This document shows, piece by piece, positions 41,107 through 51,822 of a stretch of 64,000 nucleotides of DNA. Source of the stretch: Aquiflexum sp. (lineage in GTDB: Bacteria > Bacteroidota > Bacteroidia > Cytophagales > Cyclobacteriaceae). The notes under the pieces were generated by a model. The model was given only the letters and a program-made list of their open reading frames with translations. It ran no database searches and was not told where the DNA came from. Position 1 is the stretch's first letter. Every line of letters begins with the position of its first letter. The DNA is taken from NCBI RefSeq assembly GCF_041749095.1, contig NZ_JBGTCA010000019.1:22-64021 (forward strand). The letters run 5' to 3'. A program made the position numbers and the translations under genes.

Positions 41107-42741
41107 TTAAGGTAAAAATACATCCACAAACTCAAACTTTTTCCCATCAAACAATCCTTTGTCACTGAGTTTAAGATCAGGAATCACCAAGAGCGCCATA
41201 AAGCTAAGTGTCATAAATGGAGACTGAAGGGATGATCCCATGTTTTTTGCCATTTGGTCTATTTTGGTATAAGCCTCAGCCACTTGATATCCATCCTCAT
41301 TGGACATGATGCCGCCGACGGGAAGAGCCAGTACCATTTCTTCCTCCATGCTTACTGCCGAAACCCCTCCTTTTTTTTCAATCAATAAATTCACTGCCCT
41401 GCAGATGGATACATCGTCCACCCCTACTGCAATGATATTATGGGAATCATGTCCTACAGATGAGGCTATCGCCCCTTCATTCAATCCGATATTTTTGATA
41501 AACGCCACAGCCGGAGAAGCATCCTCATACCTGTTTACTACTGCGATTTTTAAAATATCCGATTCGGGATTTGATATTGCGTAACCATCTTTTAAAGTAA
41601 CTTCACCAAGGACTTCCGGGGTAATCAATTGCCCATCCAAAGCCTCTATGACCCTCACTCTATTGCCATTTGCAGGAAGCCTAAATGCTTCTACCTCCTT
41701 TTTACTTGTATTAAAATTGTTAATGATTTTATTGGTAACCTTTCCAATCAAAGTCTTACCATTTTCAGCAACTTTCTGCCCATAAATAAAGGTTTGCAAT
41801 ACTTTGAAATCTTCTAAGTCTTCCACCAAAATGAAATCAGCAGGGTCTCCGACTTTTAACTGCCCCACATTCATTCTGTAATGCTGCACGGGGGTGGCAC
41901 AGGCTGCTTTGAGCACATCAAAAATGTCTTTCCCTTTAGCTACAGCCCTTTTCACCAATTCATTGATATGACCAAGGGCAAGGTTATCGGGATGCTTATC
42001 ATCCGAACAAAACATAATCATGTCAGGAAAATCATCAATGAGGTCAATCAATGCCTCAAAATTTTTGGCAGCACTTCCTTCCCTGATGGCGATTTTCATT
42101 CCCAATTGTAGTTTATCCAAGGCTTCCTCTTTGGTGAAACATTCATGGTCAGAAGTGATTCCTGCCGAGGCATATTTAGCGGCCAATTCTCCCTTTAATC
42201 CAGGGGCATGTCCGTCCACAGGTTTCCCATATTTTTTGGCCAATGCAATTTTCTCCAGGACTATCGGGTCTTTATTGATAGTTCCAGGCCAGTTCATCAT
42301 TTCTGCCAGATAGCTGATTTCTTTTCTTTCCAATAGGTCGTCAATGTCCTGAACTGTAATTTCCCCTCCTGCTGTTTCAAATGGTGTCGCAGGCACACAG
42401 GAAGGAGCGCCAAAATAGAATTTAAAGGGTACCTGCTTACCATTGTCGATCATGTAATTGACTCCTTCCATGCCGCAGACATTGGCAATTTCATGCGGGT
42501 CAGAGACAGTGGCAATAGTACCGTGGGGAACGGCAAGCCGGGCGAATTCCGCAGGCACTAACATTGAGGATTCTATATGAACATGTGCATCAATAAATCC
42601 AGGCAAAAAAAACGGCAGGGAATTATCCTGTTTGATCTTCTGGATGGAAACGATTACCCCTCCTTCAATCGTGGCTTCAGCACAGTAGATAGTCCGTTCC
42701 GGAATATCCACAAACTGTCCAGAAATAATGAAATCATTCAT
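41107..42741 (-). CDS. ade: adenine deaminase
   Basis: 544 aa, amidohydrolase motif [14 protein letters not shown], family-typical length and C-terminal domain. Confidence 0.85.
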   Translation of the reverse strand: MNDFIISGQFVDIPERTIYCAEATIEGGVIVSIQKIKQDNSLPFFLPGFIDAHVHIESSMLVPAEFARLAVPHGTIATVSDPHEIANVCGMEGVNYMIDNGKQVPFKFYFGAPSCVPATPFETAGGEITVQDIDDLLERKEISYLAEMMNWPGTINKDPIVLEKIALAKKYGKPVDGHAPGLKGELAAKYASAGITSDHECFTKEEALDKLQLGMKIAIREGSAAKNFEALIDLIDDFPDMIMFCSDDKHPDNLALGHINELVKRAVAKGKDIFDVLKAACATPVQHYRMNVGQLKVGDPADFILVEDLEDFKVLQTFIYGQKVAENGKTLIGKVTNKIINNFNTSKKEVEAFRLPANGNRVRVIEALDGQLITPEVLGEVTLKDGYAISNPESDILKIAVVNRYEDASPAVAFIKNIGLNEGAIASSVGHDSHNIIAVGVDDVSICRAVNLLIEKKGGVSAVSMEEEMVLALPVGGIMSNEDGYQVAEAYTKIDQMAKNMGSSLQSPFMTLSFMALLVIPDLKLSDKGLFDGKKFEFVDVFLP

Positions 42742-42849
42742 AAAATACAGTTTTTATTTTTTTTATTTCAAATTTTAACAGGAAAATGGATTACCCTTAC
42801 AAGAAAGCGGAATACATCTTTTTGTCAAAGGATTTAGATTTAAAACTAT

Positions 42850-42857
42850 TATATTTG
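42850..42857 (+). promoter_or_regulatory. candidate -7 box TATATTTG upstream of cmk
   Basis: Exact match, 38 nt upstream of the ATG at 42895. Confidence 0.3.
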
Positions 42858-42894
42858 CGCCTGAAACAAGTTATGCGAAGGTTACTTTTATTAG

Positions 42895-43602
42895 ATGCAA
42901 AGTATTGTAATTGCGATAGATGGATATTCAGGATGCGGCAAAAGCTCCACAGCAAAAGCGGTGGCAAAAATCTTGAATTACACATACATAGATTCAGGAG
43001 CAATGTACCGTGCAGCCACCCTCCATTTTTTAAACAACCATGTAAATCTTTCCAGTCCAAAAGAAGTAAAGAGGAACCTCGAAAATCTTCGGATTTCTTT
43101 TCATATCAATCATGATAATGGAAAACAGGAAACCTTTCTTAACGGTGTCAATGTTGAAGATGAGATCCGGAGCATGAAAGTTTCCGAATATGTCAGCGAA
43201 GTCAGTAAAATCAAAGAAGTCAGAACAGCTTTGGTAGCTCAACAGCAGCACTTAGGTAGAAAAAAAAGGGTTGTAATGGATGGTAGAGATATCTCCACCG
43301 TTGTATTTCCGAATGCTGAATTAAAGGTTTTCATGACAGCAGATCTCAATATCAGGGCGACGAGACGTCAAAAAGAATTATTGGAAAAGGGAGATATGGT
43401 TGCATTGGATAAGATCGTCCAAAATCTTTCTGAAAGGGATGAAATTGATTCCAGCAGAAAAGAAAGTCCTCTTTTGAAGGCTGAAGATGCTATAGAATTG
43501 GATACGGGTAACCTTGACTTTGAGGAACAGGTAAATCAAATTGTGGAATTGGCCAAAAAGAGAATTGGCGTTTATAATATAGAATATGGAAGTAACCATT
43601 GA
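42895..43602 (+). CDS. cmk: cytidylate kinase
   Basis: IAIDGYSGCGKSSTAK P-loop, 235 aa. Confidence 0.9.
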   Translation: MQSIVIAIDGYSGCGKSSTAKAVAKILNYTYIDSGAMYRAATLHFLNNHVNLSSPKEVKRNLENLRISFHINHDNGKQETFLNGVNVEDEIRSMKVSEYVSEVSKIKEVRTALVAQQQHLGRKKRVVMDGRDISTVVFPNAELKVFMTADLNIRATRRQKELLEKGDMVALDKIVQNLSERDEIDSSRKESPLLKAEDAIELDTGNLDFEEQVNQIVELAKKRIGVYNIEYGSNH

Positions 43603-44488
43603 TAAAAATTCAGGTTATTGTTTTGGGGTAGAATTTGCCATCAAAATGGCCGAAGACGAAATGGAAGGCACCGATAGATTGTACTGTCTTGGAGATATCG
43701 TCCATAATGATATGGAGGTGAAAAGGCTCTCAGAAAAGGGGCTTGTGGTTATTGACAGGGATCAATTACAGCAACTCAATGACTGCAAAGTACTGATCCG
43801 GGCTCATGGCGAGCCACCCGAAACATATAGGACTGCCATTGAAAACAACATCGAACTGATAGATGCTTCCTGTCCTGTTGTACTGAAGCTACAGCACAGA
43901 GTGAAGACGGCATTTGATAAAATGGAAAAAGAAAATGGCCAAATTGTTATTTATGGTAAAAAAGGACATGCAGAGGTTATTGGTCTGACCGGACAAACTC
44001 TTGAAAAAGCCATTGTAGTCATGGAGGACAAGGATTTGGAAAAAATTGATTATTCCAGGCCGGTAACTCTTTTCAGTCAGACTACTAAAAGTACAAAGGG
44101 ATTTTATGAACTGAAATCCAAAATAGAAGAAAGAATCAAGACCGAAAAAGGAGTCCTGAATGAACTGGATTTCAATGCCAATGATTCCATCTGCCGGCAA
44201 GTTTCCAACAGAGAACCGCAACTAGCTAAATTTGCCAATGAAAATGATGTTATCATATTTGTTTCAGGCAAAAAAAGTTCAAATGGGAAAGCGTTATATC
44301 AGGTATGCCAAGGCGTCAATGAAAGAAGCTATTTTATTGAGAATGAATCTGAAATAGATCCAGTGTGGCTGACTTCGTCTGATAAAGTCGGAATCTGTGG
44401 TGCAACATCGACTCCCATGTGGCTGATGGAACAGGTTATGAGACATCTGAAATCCATGGAAGAGAACTTGATTTTAGAAAATAATTGA
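43586..44488 (+). CDS. ispH: 4-hydroxy-3-methylbut-2-enyl diphosphate reductase
   Basis: NSGYCFGV, ASCPVV and the conserved C-terminal cysteine region (GICGATSTP). Overlaps cmk by 17 nt. Confidence 0.9.
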   Translation: MEVTIDKNSGYCFGVEFAIKMAEDEMEGTDRLYCLGDIVHNDMEVKRLSEKGLVVIDRDQLQQLNDCKVLIRAHGEPPETYRTAIENNIELIDASCPVVLKLQHRVKTAFDKMEKENGQIVIYGKKGHAEVIGLTGQTLEKAIVVMEDKDLEKIDYSRPVTLFSQTTKSTKGFYELKSKIEERIKTEKGVLNELDFNANDSICRQVSNREPQLAKFANENDVIIFVSGKKSSNGKALYQVCQGVNERSYFIENESEIDPVWLTSSDKVGICGATSTPMWLMEQVMRHLKSMEENLILENN

Positions 44489-44575
44489 TGTCATATTGTG
44501 GCAATATTTTCAATATCAGGTGATCACTCTGACAAATATTACCAAAATTATCTTCTTATAACTGATCAATTTTAT

Positions 44576-44583
44576 TAGATTTG
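44576..44583 (+). promoter_or_regulatory. candidate -7 box TAGATTTG upstream of nqrA
   Basis: Exact match, 37 nt upstream of the ATG at 44620. Confidence 0.3.
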
Positions 44584-44619
44584 AGGCGTTTTTCAAAACA
44601 CCCTATAGTTCAAAAACAT

Positions 44620-46005
44620 ATGTCAAAAACCGTAAAGCTCAAGAAGGGATTCGATATTAACCTTGCAGGCAAAGCTGAAAAGCAGTTTGCAGACTTCAAA
44701 CCGTCCAAGACTTTCGCGATCAAGCCCACCGATTTCATTGGTATGCTGAGACCAAAAGTGACTGTTAACGAGGGGGACACAGTAAAAGCAGGAACCCCGA
44801 TTTTGTTCGACAAAGCCATGGAGAAGGTTCAATATGTAGCACCGGTATCCGGCGAAATTGTTGAGGTAAAAAGGGGTGATAGAAGAAAATTGTTGGAAAT
44901 CAAAATCCTTGCAGATTCAGAAATCAGCTTTGAATCCTACAATAAATACTCTGAATCTAACTTGAAATCTCTCTCAAAGGAAGATGCAATCATCCAAATG
45001 ACAAAAGGAGGGGTTTGGCCCCAAATCATCCAAAGACCATTCGGAGTTGTTGCCAATCCTGAAGACACCCCTAAATCTATTTTTATATCCGGTTTTGACA
45101 CTCATCCATTGGCACCTGATTACGGGTTTTTATTAAAAGGAGAAGAAAAATATTTCCAAGCTGGAATTCAAATACTTGGAAAACTTACCTCGGGTAAGGT
45201 TCATTTGAATGTTAATGCTGATGCAGAATTGCCTTCAGTTTATTCCAATGTAAATGGAGCAGAACTGAATAAATTCAGCGGTCCACATCCTGCGGGCAAT
45301 GTTGGCGTGCAGATTCACCATATTGATCCTATCAACAAAAATGACATTGTTTGGACAGTCAATCCATTTGGGGTTGCTCAAATTGGCAAGTTATTCCTCG
45401 AAGGACATTACGATGCGTCAAAAGTTATTGCCATTACAGGCTCACGGGCTAAAAATGCAGTTTACACTAGAACATTTATAGGCGCCTGTGTAGATACCTT
45501 TGTTCATGGAAATATCGGAACTGATTCGAAGTCAGACATTGCACCGGAAACAAGAGTAGTCTCAGGAAATGTCCTTACAGGTGAAAGAATCAACAAAGAC
45601 GGATATTTGGGCTATTATGCCAATCAAATTACCATGTTGCCTGAAGGTGAATACTACGAGTTTTTAGGTTGGATGAAACCCACCACCGAAAAATTAAGCT
45701 ATCATAGGGCATTGGGGCTTTTGTCATTCCTAAGTCCCAAAAAAGAATTTGTTCTCGACACCAATGGCAGAGGAGAAGAAAGAGCATTTGTCCAAACAGG
45801 TGTCTTTGAAAGCGTAACCCCTATGGATATCCTACCGGTCTATCTACTAAAAGCCATTATGGCTGAGGATTATGACGAAATGGAGGAATTGGGGATATAT
45901 GAAATTGTAGAAGAAGACCTTGCATTATGCGAATTTGTAGATGTTTCCAAACACCCGGTGCAGGAAATAGTTAGAAAAGGGATAGATTTAATTCAATACA
46001 GTTAA
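44620..46005 (+). CDS. nqrA: Na+-translocating NADH-quinone reductase subunit A
   Basis: The MSKTVKLKKGFDINLAGKAE start is typical of NqrA. The track start at 44581 is TTG. The gene is followed by nqrB-E. Confidence 0.9.
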   Translation: MSKTVKLKKGFDINLAGKAEKQFADFKPSKTFAIKPTDFIGMLRPKVTVNEGDTVKAGTPILFDKAMEKVQYVAPVSGEIVEVKRGDRRKLLEIKILADSEISFESYNKYSESNLKSLSKEDAIIQMTKGGVWPQIIQRPFGVVANPEDTPKSIFISGFDTHPLAPDYGFLLKGEEKYFQAGIQILGKLTSGKVHLNVNADAELPSVYSNVNGAELNKFSGPHPAGNVGVQIHHIDPINKNDIVWTVNPFGVAQIGKLFLEGHYDASKVIAITGSRAKNAVYTRTFIGACVDTFVHGNIGTDSKSDIAPETRVVSGNVLTGERINKDGYLGYYANQITMLPEGEYYEFLGWMKPTTEKLSYHRALGLLSFLSPKKEFVLDTNGRGEERAFVQTGVFESVTPMDILPVYLLKAIMAEDYDEMEELGIYEIVEEDLALCEFVDVSKHPVQEIVRKGIDLIQYS

Positions 46006-46010
46006 TCAAT

Positions 46011-47225
46011 ATGAAGTTTCTAAGAGATCTGCTGGATAAGCAGAAACCACTCTTTCACAAAGGTGGAAAATTTGAAAACTTATACTATCTATTTGAGGCG
46101 GGTGAAACTTTCATGTTTTCTCCAAATCATACCAATGGTATAAAAGGGGCTCAGGTAAAAGATGCCATCGACCTGAAAAGAATGATGATCACGGTAGTCA
46201 TTGCGATGATTCCATGTTTATTGTTCGGAATATATAATACGGGACATCAGCATTTCCTTGCAACAGGCCAAACAGCCGGATTATGGGATGATTTTGGTCC
46301 AAAATTACTAATTGGACTTGAATTGGTACTACCAATAGTAATAGTTGCTTATGCAGCTGGAGGGTTGGTTGAAGCAGGTTTTGCAGTAGTCAGGAAACAC
46401 CCCATCAACGAAGGGTTCCTCGTCACAGGGATGCTGATTCCTTTGGTTGTACCTGCAACATTGCCCCTATGGCAGGTCGCATTGGCTACTATATTTGCTG
46501 TAATTATTGCGAAAGAGGTTTTTGGAGGCACTGGGATGAATATCCTCAATGTTGCCATGACAGCAAGAGCCTTTTTATATTTTGCATATCCGGCACAAAT
46601 CTCCGGAGATCAGGTTTGGACATATTTAGGAGATAAGGCTCCGGTAGATGGATTCTCAGGAGCAACCGCCTTGGCGGTTGCTTATAATGCGGGTGTAGAT
46701 GGAGATAAAGTAACTGATGCTTTGGCAGAACATAACACTGCTTTAGGAGACGGTATGTTCAGCTTTTCCAATATGTTCATGGGATGGATTCCAGGTTCTA
46801 TCGGTGAAACATCTACATTGATGGCTCTGATCGGAGCATTGATTCTGATCGGAACAGGAGTTGCCAGCTGGAAGATTATAGTAAGTGGTTTTGCAGGTGC
46901 CTACATTATGGCCTTCATTATGAACCTTTTTGCAGTAAATGAATATATGGCGATGGCACCGGAATATCATTGGGTAGTAGGTGGTCTGGCTTTCGGTATT
47001 GTATTTATGGCAACTGACCCGGTATCAGCCTCACAGACTGAAACAGGCAAATGGATTTATGGTTTGCTGATAGGTGTCCTTACAGTGATCATTAGAGTCA
47101 CCAACCCAGCCTATCCCGAAGGGATTATGCTTGCCGTTCTTTTCATGAACGTCTTTGCCCCGCTAATTGATTATTATGTAGTTAAAGCTAATAAGAAAAG
47201 GAGGTTACAACGTGCAACAGTCTAA
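46011..47225 (+). CDS. nqrB: Na+-NQR subunit B
   Basis: 404 aa, polytopic, with the FMN-attachment region GFSGATAL. Confidence 0.9.
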   Translation: MKFLRDLLDKQKPLFHKGGKFENLYYLFEAGETFMFSPNHTNGIKGAQVKDAIDLKRMMITVVIAMIPCLLFGIYNTGHQHFLATGQTAGLWDDFGPKLLIGLELVLPIVIVAYAAGGLVEAGFAVVRKHPINEGFLVTGMLIPLVVPATLPLWQVALATIFAVIIAKEVFGGTGMNILNVAMTARAFLYFAYPAQISGDQVWTYLGDKAPVDGFSGATALAVAYNAGVDGDKVTDALAEHNTALGDGMFSFSNMFMGWIPGSIGETSTLMALIGALILIGTGVASWKIIVSGFAGAYIMAFIMNLFAVNEYMAMAPEYHWVVGGLAFGIVFMATDPVSASQTETGKWIYGLLIGVLTVIIRVTNPAYPEGIMLAVLFMNVFAPLIDYYVVKANKKRRLQRATV

Positions 47226-47985
47226 CGCTTACATCATCACATTTTCAATAATCCTGACTGTAGTATTGGGATTATTATTATCAGGGACTTCTCAGGTATT
47301 GGCACCTCTTCAGAAAAAAGCAGAGGAATTGGATAACAAAAAACAAATTTTGGGTGCTGTATTAGAGCCAGAAAAACTCAGCGCCATGAAGCCAGAGGAA
47401 ATACTTTCATTCTATGAAAACAGGATTGCCTCAAAGGTAGTGGATATTGATGGCAATGAAGTGGAAAATGATTCCGATGGAAATCCAATAGTTGCTGAGA
47501 AGGTCAATGTTGCCAAAAACTATAAAATGGCTCCTGAAAACAGGCATTACCCCATATTCATGTACCATGCTGAGGGTAATCCCGAAGATGTAGAGTCCTA
47601 TGTTTTCCCGGTTTACGGATCAGGTCTTTGGGACGAAATCTGGGGATATTTAGCATTGCAAACTAACCTAAATACCATTGAAGGTGTGACATTCTCCCAT
47701 AAAGGAGAAACTCCAGGATTGGGAGCAAGAATTACCAATCAAGAAGTGCAGCAACGCTATCAAGGAAAGGAGATTTTTGATGAATCCGGAGAACTTCAAT
47801 CTGTATATATGCAGAAAGGGGAAGGAAAAGATTATTCTTCAGAGAAACATAAAGTAGATGGCTTGTCAGGTGCAACCATTACAGCTAATGGCGTCAACGA
47901 CATGTTGAAAAATTACTTGAATCATTACACTACTTATCTGGAAAAACAAAAATCCAATAAGAGTGATATTGCCGCTTTAAATTGA
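47212..47985 (+). CDS. nqrC: Na+-NQR subunit C
   Basis: 257 aa, one N-terminal TM segment, FMN-attachment motif SGATITANGV. GTG start overlapping nqrB by 14 nt. Confidence 0.85.
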   Translation: MQQSNAYIITFSIILTVVLGLLLSGTSQVLAPLQKKAEELDNKKQILGAVLEPEKLSAMKPEEILSFYENRIASKVVDIDGNEVENDSDGNPIVAEKVNVAKNYKMAPENRHYPIFMYHAEGNPEDVESYVFPVYGSGLWDEIWGYLALQTNLNTIEGVTFSHKGETPGLGARITNQEVQQRYQGKEIFDESGELQSVYMQKGEGKDYSSEKHKVDGLSGATITANGVNDMLKNYLNHYTTYLEKQKSNKSDIAALN

Positions 47986-48010
47986 TTACAAACGTTTCAA
48001 CTTTAAAATA

Positions 48011-48697
48011 ATGAGTACAGAAACAGCACAAGTTGCAGAAGTAAAAAAGCCGGAAGAGGCGCTTTTGTCCAAAAGAAGAAAAAAATTAGTAACAGACCCA
48101 TTAGTAGATGACAATCCGATTACCATACAGGTATTGGGGATTTGTTCAGCTTTGGCAGTTACGACCCAATTGCAGCCTACTTTAGTCATGGCCATATCAG
48201 TAATATTTGTAATTGTTATGTCCAATCTTACCATTTCATTATTAAGAAATACTATTCCAACCAGGGTTAGAATTATTGTACAACTTGCCGTTGTTGCCAC
48301 CTTGGTAACTTTGGTGAATGAGTTTTTGAAAGCTTTTGCTTTTGATATGTACAAAGAACTTTCTGTCTTTGTAGGACTGATCATCACTAACTGTATCGTA
48401 ATGGGGCGTCTTGAGGCTTTTGCTTTGGGGAATAAATCTTATGATTCAATTTTAGATGGTTTCGGTTCTGCATTGGGATACGCTTGGATTATTCTGACAG
48501 TAGCATTCTTTAGAGAATTACTTGGATCAGGTTCTTTGTTTGGTGTACCGATCTATGATGCGATATCCGGGTTGTTTGGAGAAGATTTCAATTTAGCAAC
48601 CAATGGCTTGATGGTATCTCCGGTTGGAGCATTCATTATCTTAGGACTGATCATTTGGGTACAGCGTACCAAGACCGGTTATGTTGAACATTCATAA
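48011..48697 (+). CDS. nqrD: Na+-NQR subunit D
   Basis: 228 aa, polytopic, Rnf/Nqr D-type motifs (LGICSALAVT, GLIITNCIVMGR). Confidence 0.9.
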   Translation: MSTETAQVAEVKKPEEALLSKRRKKLVTDPLVDDNPITIQVLGICSALAVTTQLQPTLVMAISVIFVIVMSNLTISLLRNTIPTRVRIIVQLAVVATLVTLVNEFLKAFAFDMYKELSVFVGLIITNCIVMGRLEAFALGNKSYDSILDGFGSALGYAWIILTVAFFRELLGSGSLFGVPIYDAISGLFGEDFNLATNGLMVSPVGAFIILGLIIWVQRTKTGYVEHS

Positions 48698-48709
48698 ATT
48701 AAGAAAGAC

Positions 48710-49321
48710 ATGGAATTATTTAATTTAGCTATAAGATCAATATTTATTGAAAACATGGTTTTCGCATACTTTTTGGGAATGTGCTCGTTTTTGGCCGTTT
48801 CCAAAAAAGTAAGTACTGCAATAGGTTTGGGAGCTGCCGTTATTTTCGTATTGACAGTCACTGTTCCGACCAATTGGCTTTTGAATGAATATATTTTGAA
48901 AGAAGGTGGATTATCCTGGTTGGGTGAAACATTTGCCACAATCGATCTTTCTTTTTTAAGATTTATCATGTTCATAGCTATTATTGCTGCCATGGTGCAG
49001 TTGGTAGAAATGGTGGTGGAAAAATTTGCTCCGGCCCTTTATGGAGCATTGGGGATCTTCCTTCCTCTGATTGCGGTAAACTGTGCCATCCTTGGTGGTT
49101 CATTGTTTATGGCCACAAGAGACTACACTTTGGCTGAAGCAACAGTTTATGGCTTTGGTTCAGGAGTAGGATTTTTCCTGGCCATAATAGCCTTGGCAGC
49201 AATCCGTGAAAAATTGAAATACTCAAATGTACCAAATGGACTCAAAGGCTTAGGAATTACCATGCTGATTACCGGGCTAATGGGAATTGCATTTATGTCC
49301 TTTATGGGAATTGACTTATAA
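48710..49321 (+). CDS. nqrE: Na+-NQR subunit E
   Basis: 203 aa, polytopic, with [14 protein letters not shown]. Confidence 0.9.
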   Translation: MELFNLAIRSIFIENMVFAYFLGMCSFLAVSKKVSTAIGLGAAVIFVLTVTVPTNWLLNEYILKEGGLSWLGETFATIDLSFLRFIMFIAIIAAMVQLVEMVVEKFAPALYGALGIFLPLIAVNCAILGGSLFMATRDYTLAEATVYGFGSGVGFFLAIIALAAIREKLKYSNVPNGLKGLGITMLITGLMGIAFMSFMGIDL

Positions 49322-49342
49322 TTCCTAATTATAAAATTATTA

Positions 49343-49376
49343 AAGGCCCTGGAAGGAATTCAAGGGCCTTTTTTTT
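49343..49376 (+). terminator. rho-independent terminator directly after nqrE
   Basis: AAGGCCCT-ggaaggaattca-AGGGCCTT runs into T8. Confidence 0.85.
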
Positions 49377-49517
49377 GATATAGACTAATATACTGGATAG
49401 CATAATTTTATTATAGTAAAATCCAAATTCCAACCTAAGACCGAATAAGAAAGTAACTTTCCCAAATCAAGATTTTATCTAACGATTGTTTATTTTTACA
49501 TATCTTAAAATTGAAAT

Positions 49518-50090
49518 ATGACATTTACTTATAAAAGATTCCTGACTTACTTCTTCCGAGGGCTGCTTTTTGTAGTCCCCATTGCCCTGACCATTTATGT
49601 AATATTACTAATTCTGCAGTTTTTGGATGGTATTCTCCCCATACCTATTCCAGGGCTTGGAATTATTATAATGCTGGCCTTTATCACCTTTGTTGGTTTT
49701 TTGGCAAGTATTTTTGTCACCCGCCCATTATTTGAAATCTTTGAACGTTGGGTCTTCAAAATCCCATTAATCAACATCCTCTATACCAGTATCAAAGACC
49801 TGATGTCTGCATTTGTAGGTGATAAGAAAAAATTTAATATACCTGTCATTGTCAAGCTTTCAGAGGGAATGTCCCGTTTAGGGTTTATCACGCAGGAGGA
49901 TCTTTCTGTTTTAGAGGAAGATAACCTTGTTGCCATATATTTCCCTCATAGTTATAATTTTTCAGGCAATTTATATCTGGTACCCCAAGAAAATGTCCGT
50001 ATCTTGAAAAACGTTAAGAGTGCAGACATGATGAAATTTATCGTTTCCGGTGGTGTCTCGCTTTTACCAAAAGTTGAATCAGAAAATTAA
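49518..50090 (+). CDS. DUF502-family membrane protein
   Basis: 190 aa, two N-terminal TM segments with a LDGILP.PIPGLG-type motif. Confidence 0.6.
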   Translation: MTFTYKRFLTYFFRGLLFVVPIALTIYVILLILQFLDGILPIPIPGLGIIIMLAFITFVGFLASIFVTRPLFEIFERWVFKIPLINILYTSIKDLMSAFVGDKKKFNIPVIVKLSEGMSRLGFITQEDLSVLEEDNLVAIYFPHSYNFSGNLYLVPQENVRILKNVKSADMMKFIVSGGVSLLPKVESEN

Positions 50091-50158
50091 AGTGATGAAA
50101 ATCGGTATAATAACTCAATAATAAGTCAAAAACATTAACCCTAAAACAAACCAGAATC

Positions 50159-50785
50159 ATGAAAAGACTCATAAGCCTATTAACCCTAGTCCTGTTTTCT
50201 ACAGTTCTTTTTGCCCAAAAGGATGGCTGGGTTCCTTTATTCAATGGTAAAAACCTTGATGGTTGGAAAATCTCAGAAAATCCGTCATCTTTTTCTGTTG
50301 AGAATGGCGTTATCAAAGTAGATGGCCCTCGCGCCCACGCCTTTTATGTTGGAGAAGTCAACAATGCTGATTTTAAGGATTTTGAATTCATCGCTGAAGT
50401 CAAGACCATGCCTAAAGCCAATTCTGGTATATTTTTTCATACCAAATACCAAGAAACAGGATGGCCCAATAAAGGCTATGAGGTCCAGGTAAATCAATCT
50501 CACGGTGACTGGAGAAAAACAGGCAGTTTATATTCCTTCAATGACGTAAAAGAAGTCTATGTCAAGGACGGAGAATGGTACACCGAACACATCATCGTCA
50601 AAGGAGATCATGTCACCGTGAAAATCAATGGTAAAACTGTGATGGAATATAAGGAATCGGAGGACAAAAACAGACCGGCAAATGCCGGTGAAAAGAAAAT
50701 CGACAGGGGAACATTCGCACTACAAGCCCACGACCCTGAAAGCGTGATTTATTACAGGAATATCAAAGTAAAAGTGCTTGACTAA
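50159..50785 (+). CDS. DUF1080 (3-keto-disaccharide hydrolase-like) secreted protein
   Basis: Signal peptide, GWVPLFNGKNLDGWK and a C-terminal LQAHDPESVIYYRNIKV. Confidence 0.75.
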   Translation: MKRLISLLTLVLFSTVLFAQKDGWVPLFNGKNLDGWKISENPSSFSVENGVIKVDGPRAHAFYVGEVNNADFKDFEFIAEVKTMPKANSGIFFHTKYQETGWPNKGYEVQVNQSHGDWRKTGSLYSFNDVKEVYVKDGEWYTEHIIVKGDHVTVKINGKTVMEYKESEDKNRPANAGEKKIDRGTFALQAHDPESVIYYRNIKVKVLD

Positions 50786-51822
50786 AACACTTTTATACTT
50801 ATGGCTGATAGGGATTGAAACTCCCCAATCAGCCATGCTTTTTGTTCTAGATTCTCCAATACAAATTCAAATTCTTTTTGAAATTCAGGGTCAACGGCCA
50901 CCAATAAGCCACCATTGGTCTGTGGATCGCAGAATTTGACCAACTCCATACCTATGATTCCTTCCGATTTGCTACTGTAGGCATTCCAGTTTCTGTAAGT
51001 ATTGTCGGGAAAAATAAATTGGGAGATATATTCCTGCACACCATCGATCAAGGGAATGCTACTTCCCTGAATTCTAGCTGTAAGTTTAGCTCCCTCAGCC
51101 ATCTCCACCAAATGCCCCAAAATACCAAAACCCGTTACATCAGTCATGGCATGGACAAAATCCAAATGTCCAAAATCCTTTCCAATGCTATTGATTTGAG
51201 TAGCATATTGGATCATATTGACATAATCCTCTGACTTGATTTTATCTCTTTTCAATGCAGTGGCCAAAACACCTATACCAAGTGGCTTAGTGATAAAAAT
51301 CAAATCGCCTTCACGGGCTCCCATATTTGTTTTGATATTATTCGGATGAACGATCCCATTTACCGAAAATCCAAAAATTGGATCCTTTGCAGTGATGCTA
51401 TGACCTCCCGCCAAAGGGATTCCAGCCAAATGACAGATCTCCCGTCCACCTTCCAAAACTACTCCTGCAAGCAACGGATCAATTTTTTCTACCGGCCAAC
51501 TCAAAATAGCATTCGCAAAAACCGGCTTACCTCCCATTGCAAAGACATCTGATAAAGCATTTGCTGCAGCAATTCTTCCAAAATCAAAAGCATCATCCAC
51601 AATTGGTGTGAAAAAATCAACCGAATTAATCATGGCCAAATCATCACTGATCTGGTAAACTGCCGCATCGTCTTTTGAGGAGTTTCCAACCAAAAGTTTT
51701 GGATCCATCAAATCAACAGATTTTCTATTGGCAAGAATACTATCCAGAACTGCTGGAGGGATTTTGCAACCACAGCCTGAACCTTCACTGAATTGAGTTA
51801 ATCTGATTTCTTGATTTTCCAT
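50782..51822 (-). CDS. selD: selenide, water dikinase (Cys-type)
   Basis: The N-terminal RLTQFSEGSGCGCKIPP matches the SelD active-site loop with Cys rather than Sec. 346 aa. Confidence 0.9.
   Translation of the reverse strand: MENQEIRLTQFSEGSGCGCKIPPAVLDSILANRKSVDLMDPKLLVGNSSKDDAAVYQISDDLAMINSVDFFTPIVDDAFDFGRIAAANALSDVFAMGGKPVFANAILSWPVEKIDPLLAGVVLEGGREICHLAGIPLAGGHSITAKDPIFGFSVNGIVHPNNIKTNMGAREGDLIFITKPLGIGVLATALKRDKIKSEDYVNMIQYATQINSIGKDFGHLDFVHAMTDVTGFGILGHLVEMAEGAKLTARIQGSSIPLIDGVQEYISQFIFPDNTYRNWNAYSSKSEGIIGMELVKFCDPQTNGGLLVAVDPEFQKEFEFVLENLEQKAWLIGEFQSLSAISIKVF

Noticed and set aside
42742-42894. Looked for a purine riboswitch upstream of adenine deaminase (minus strand).
   Set aside because: I could find none of the conserved purine-aptamer core (no U-rich three-way junction with the paired P2/P3 loop sequences). 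The spacer is simple AT-rich sequence shared with the divergent cmk promoter.
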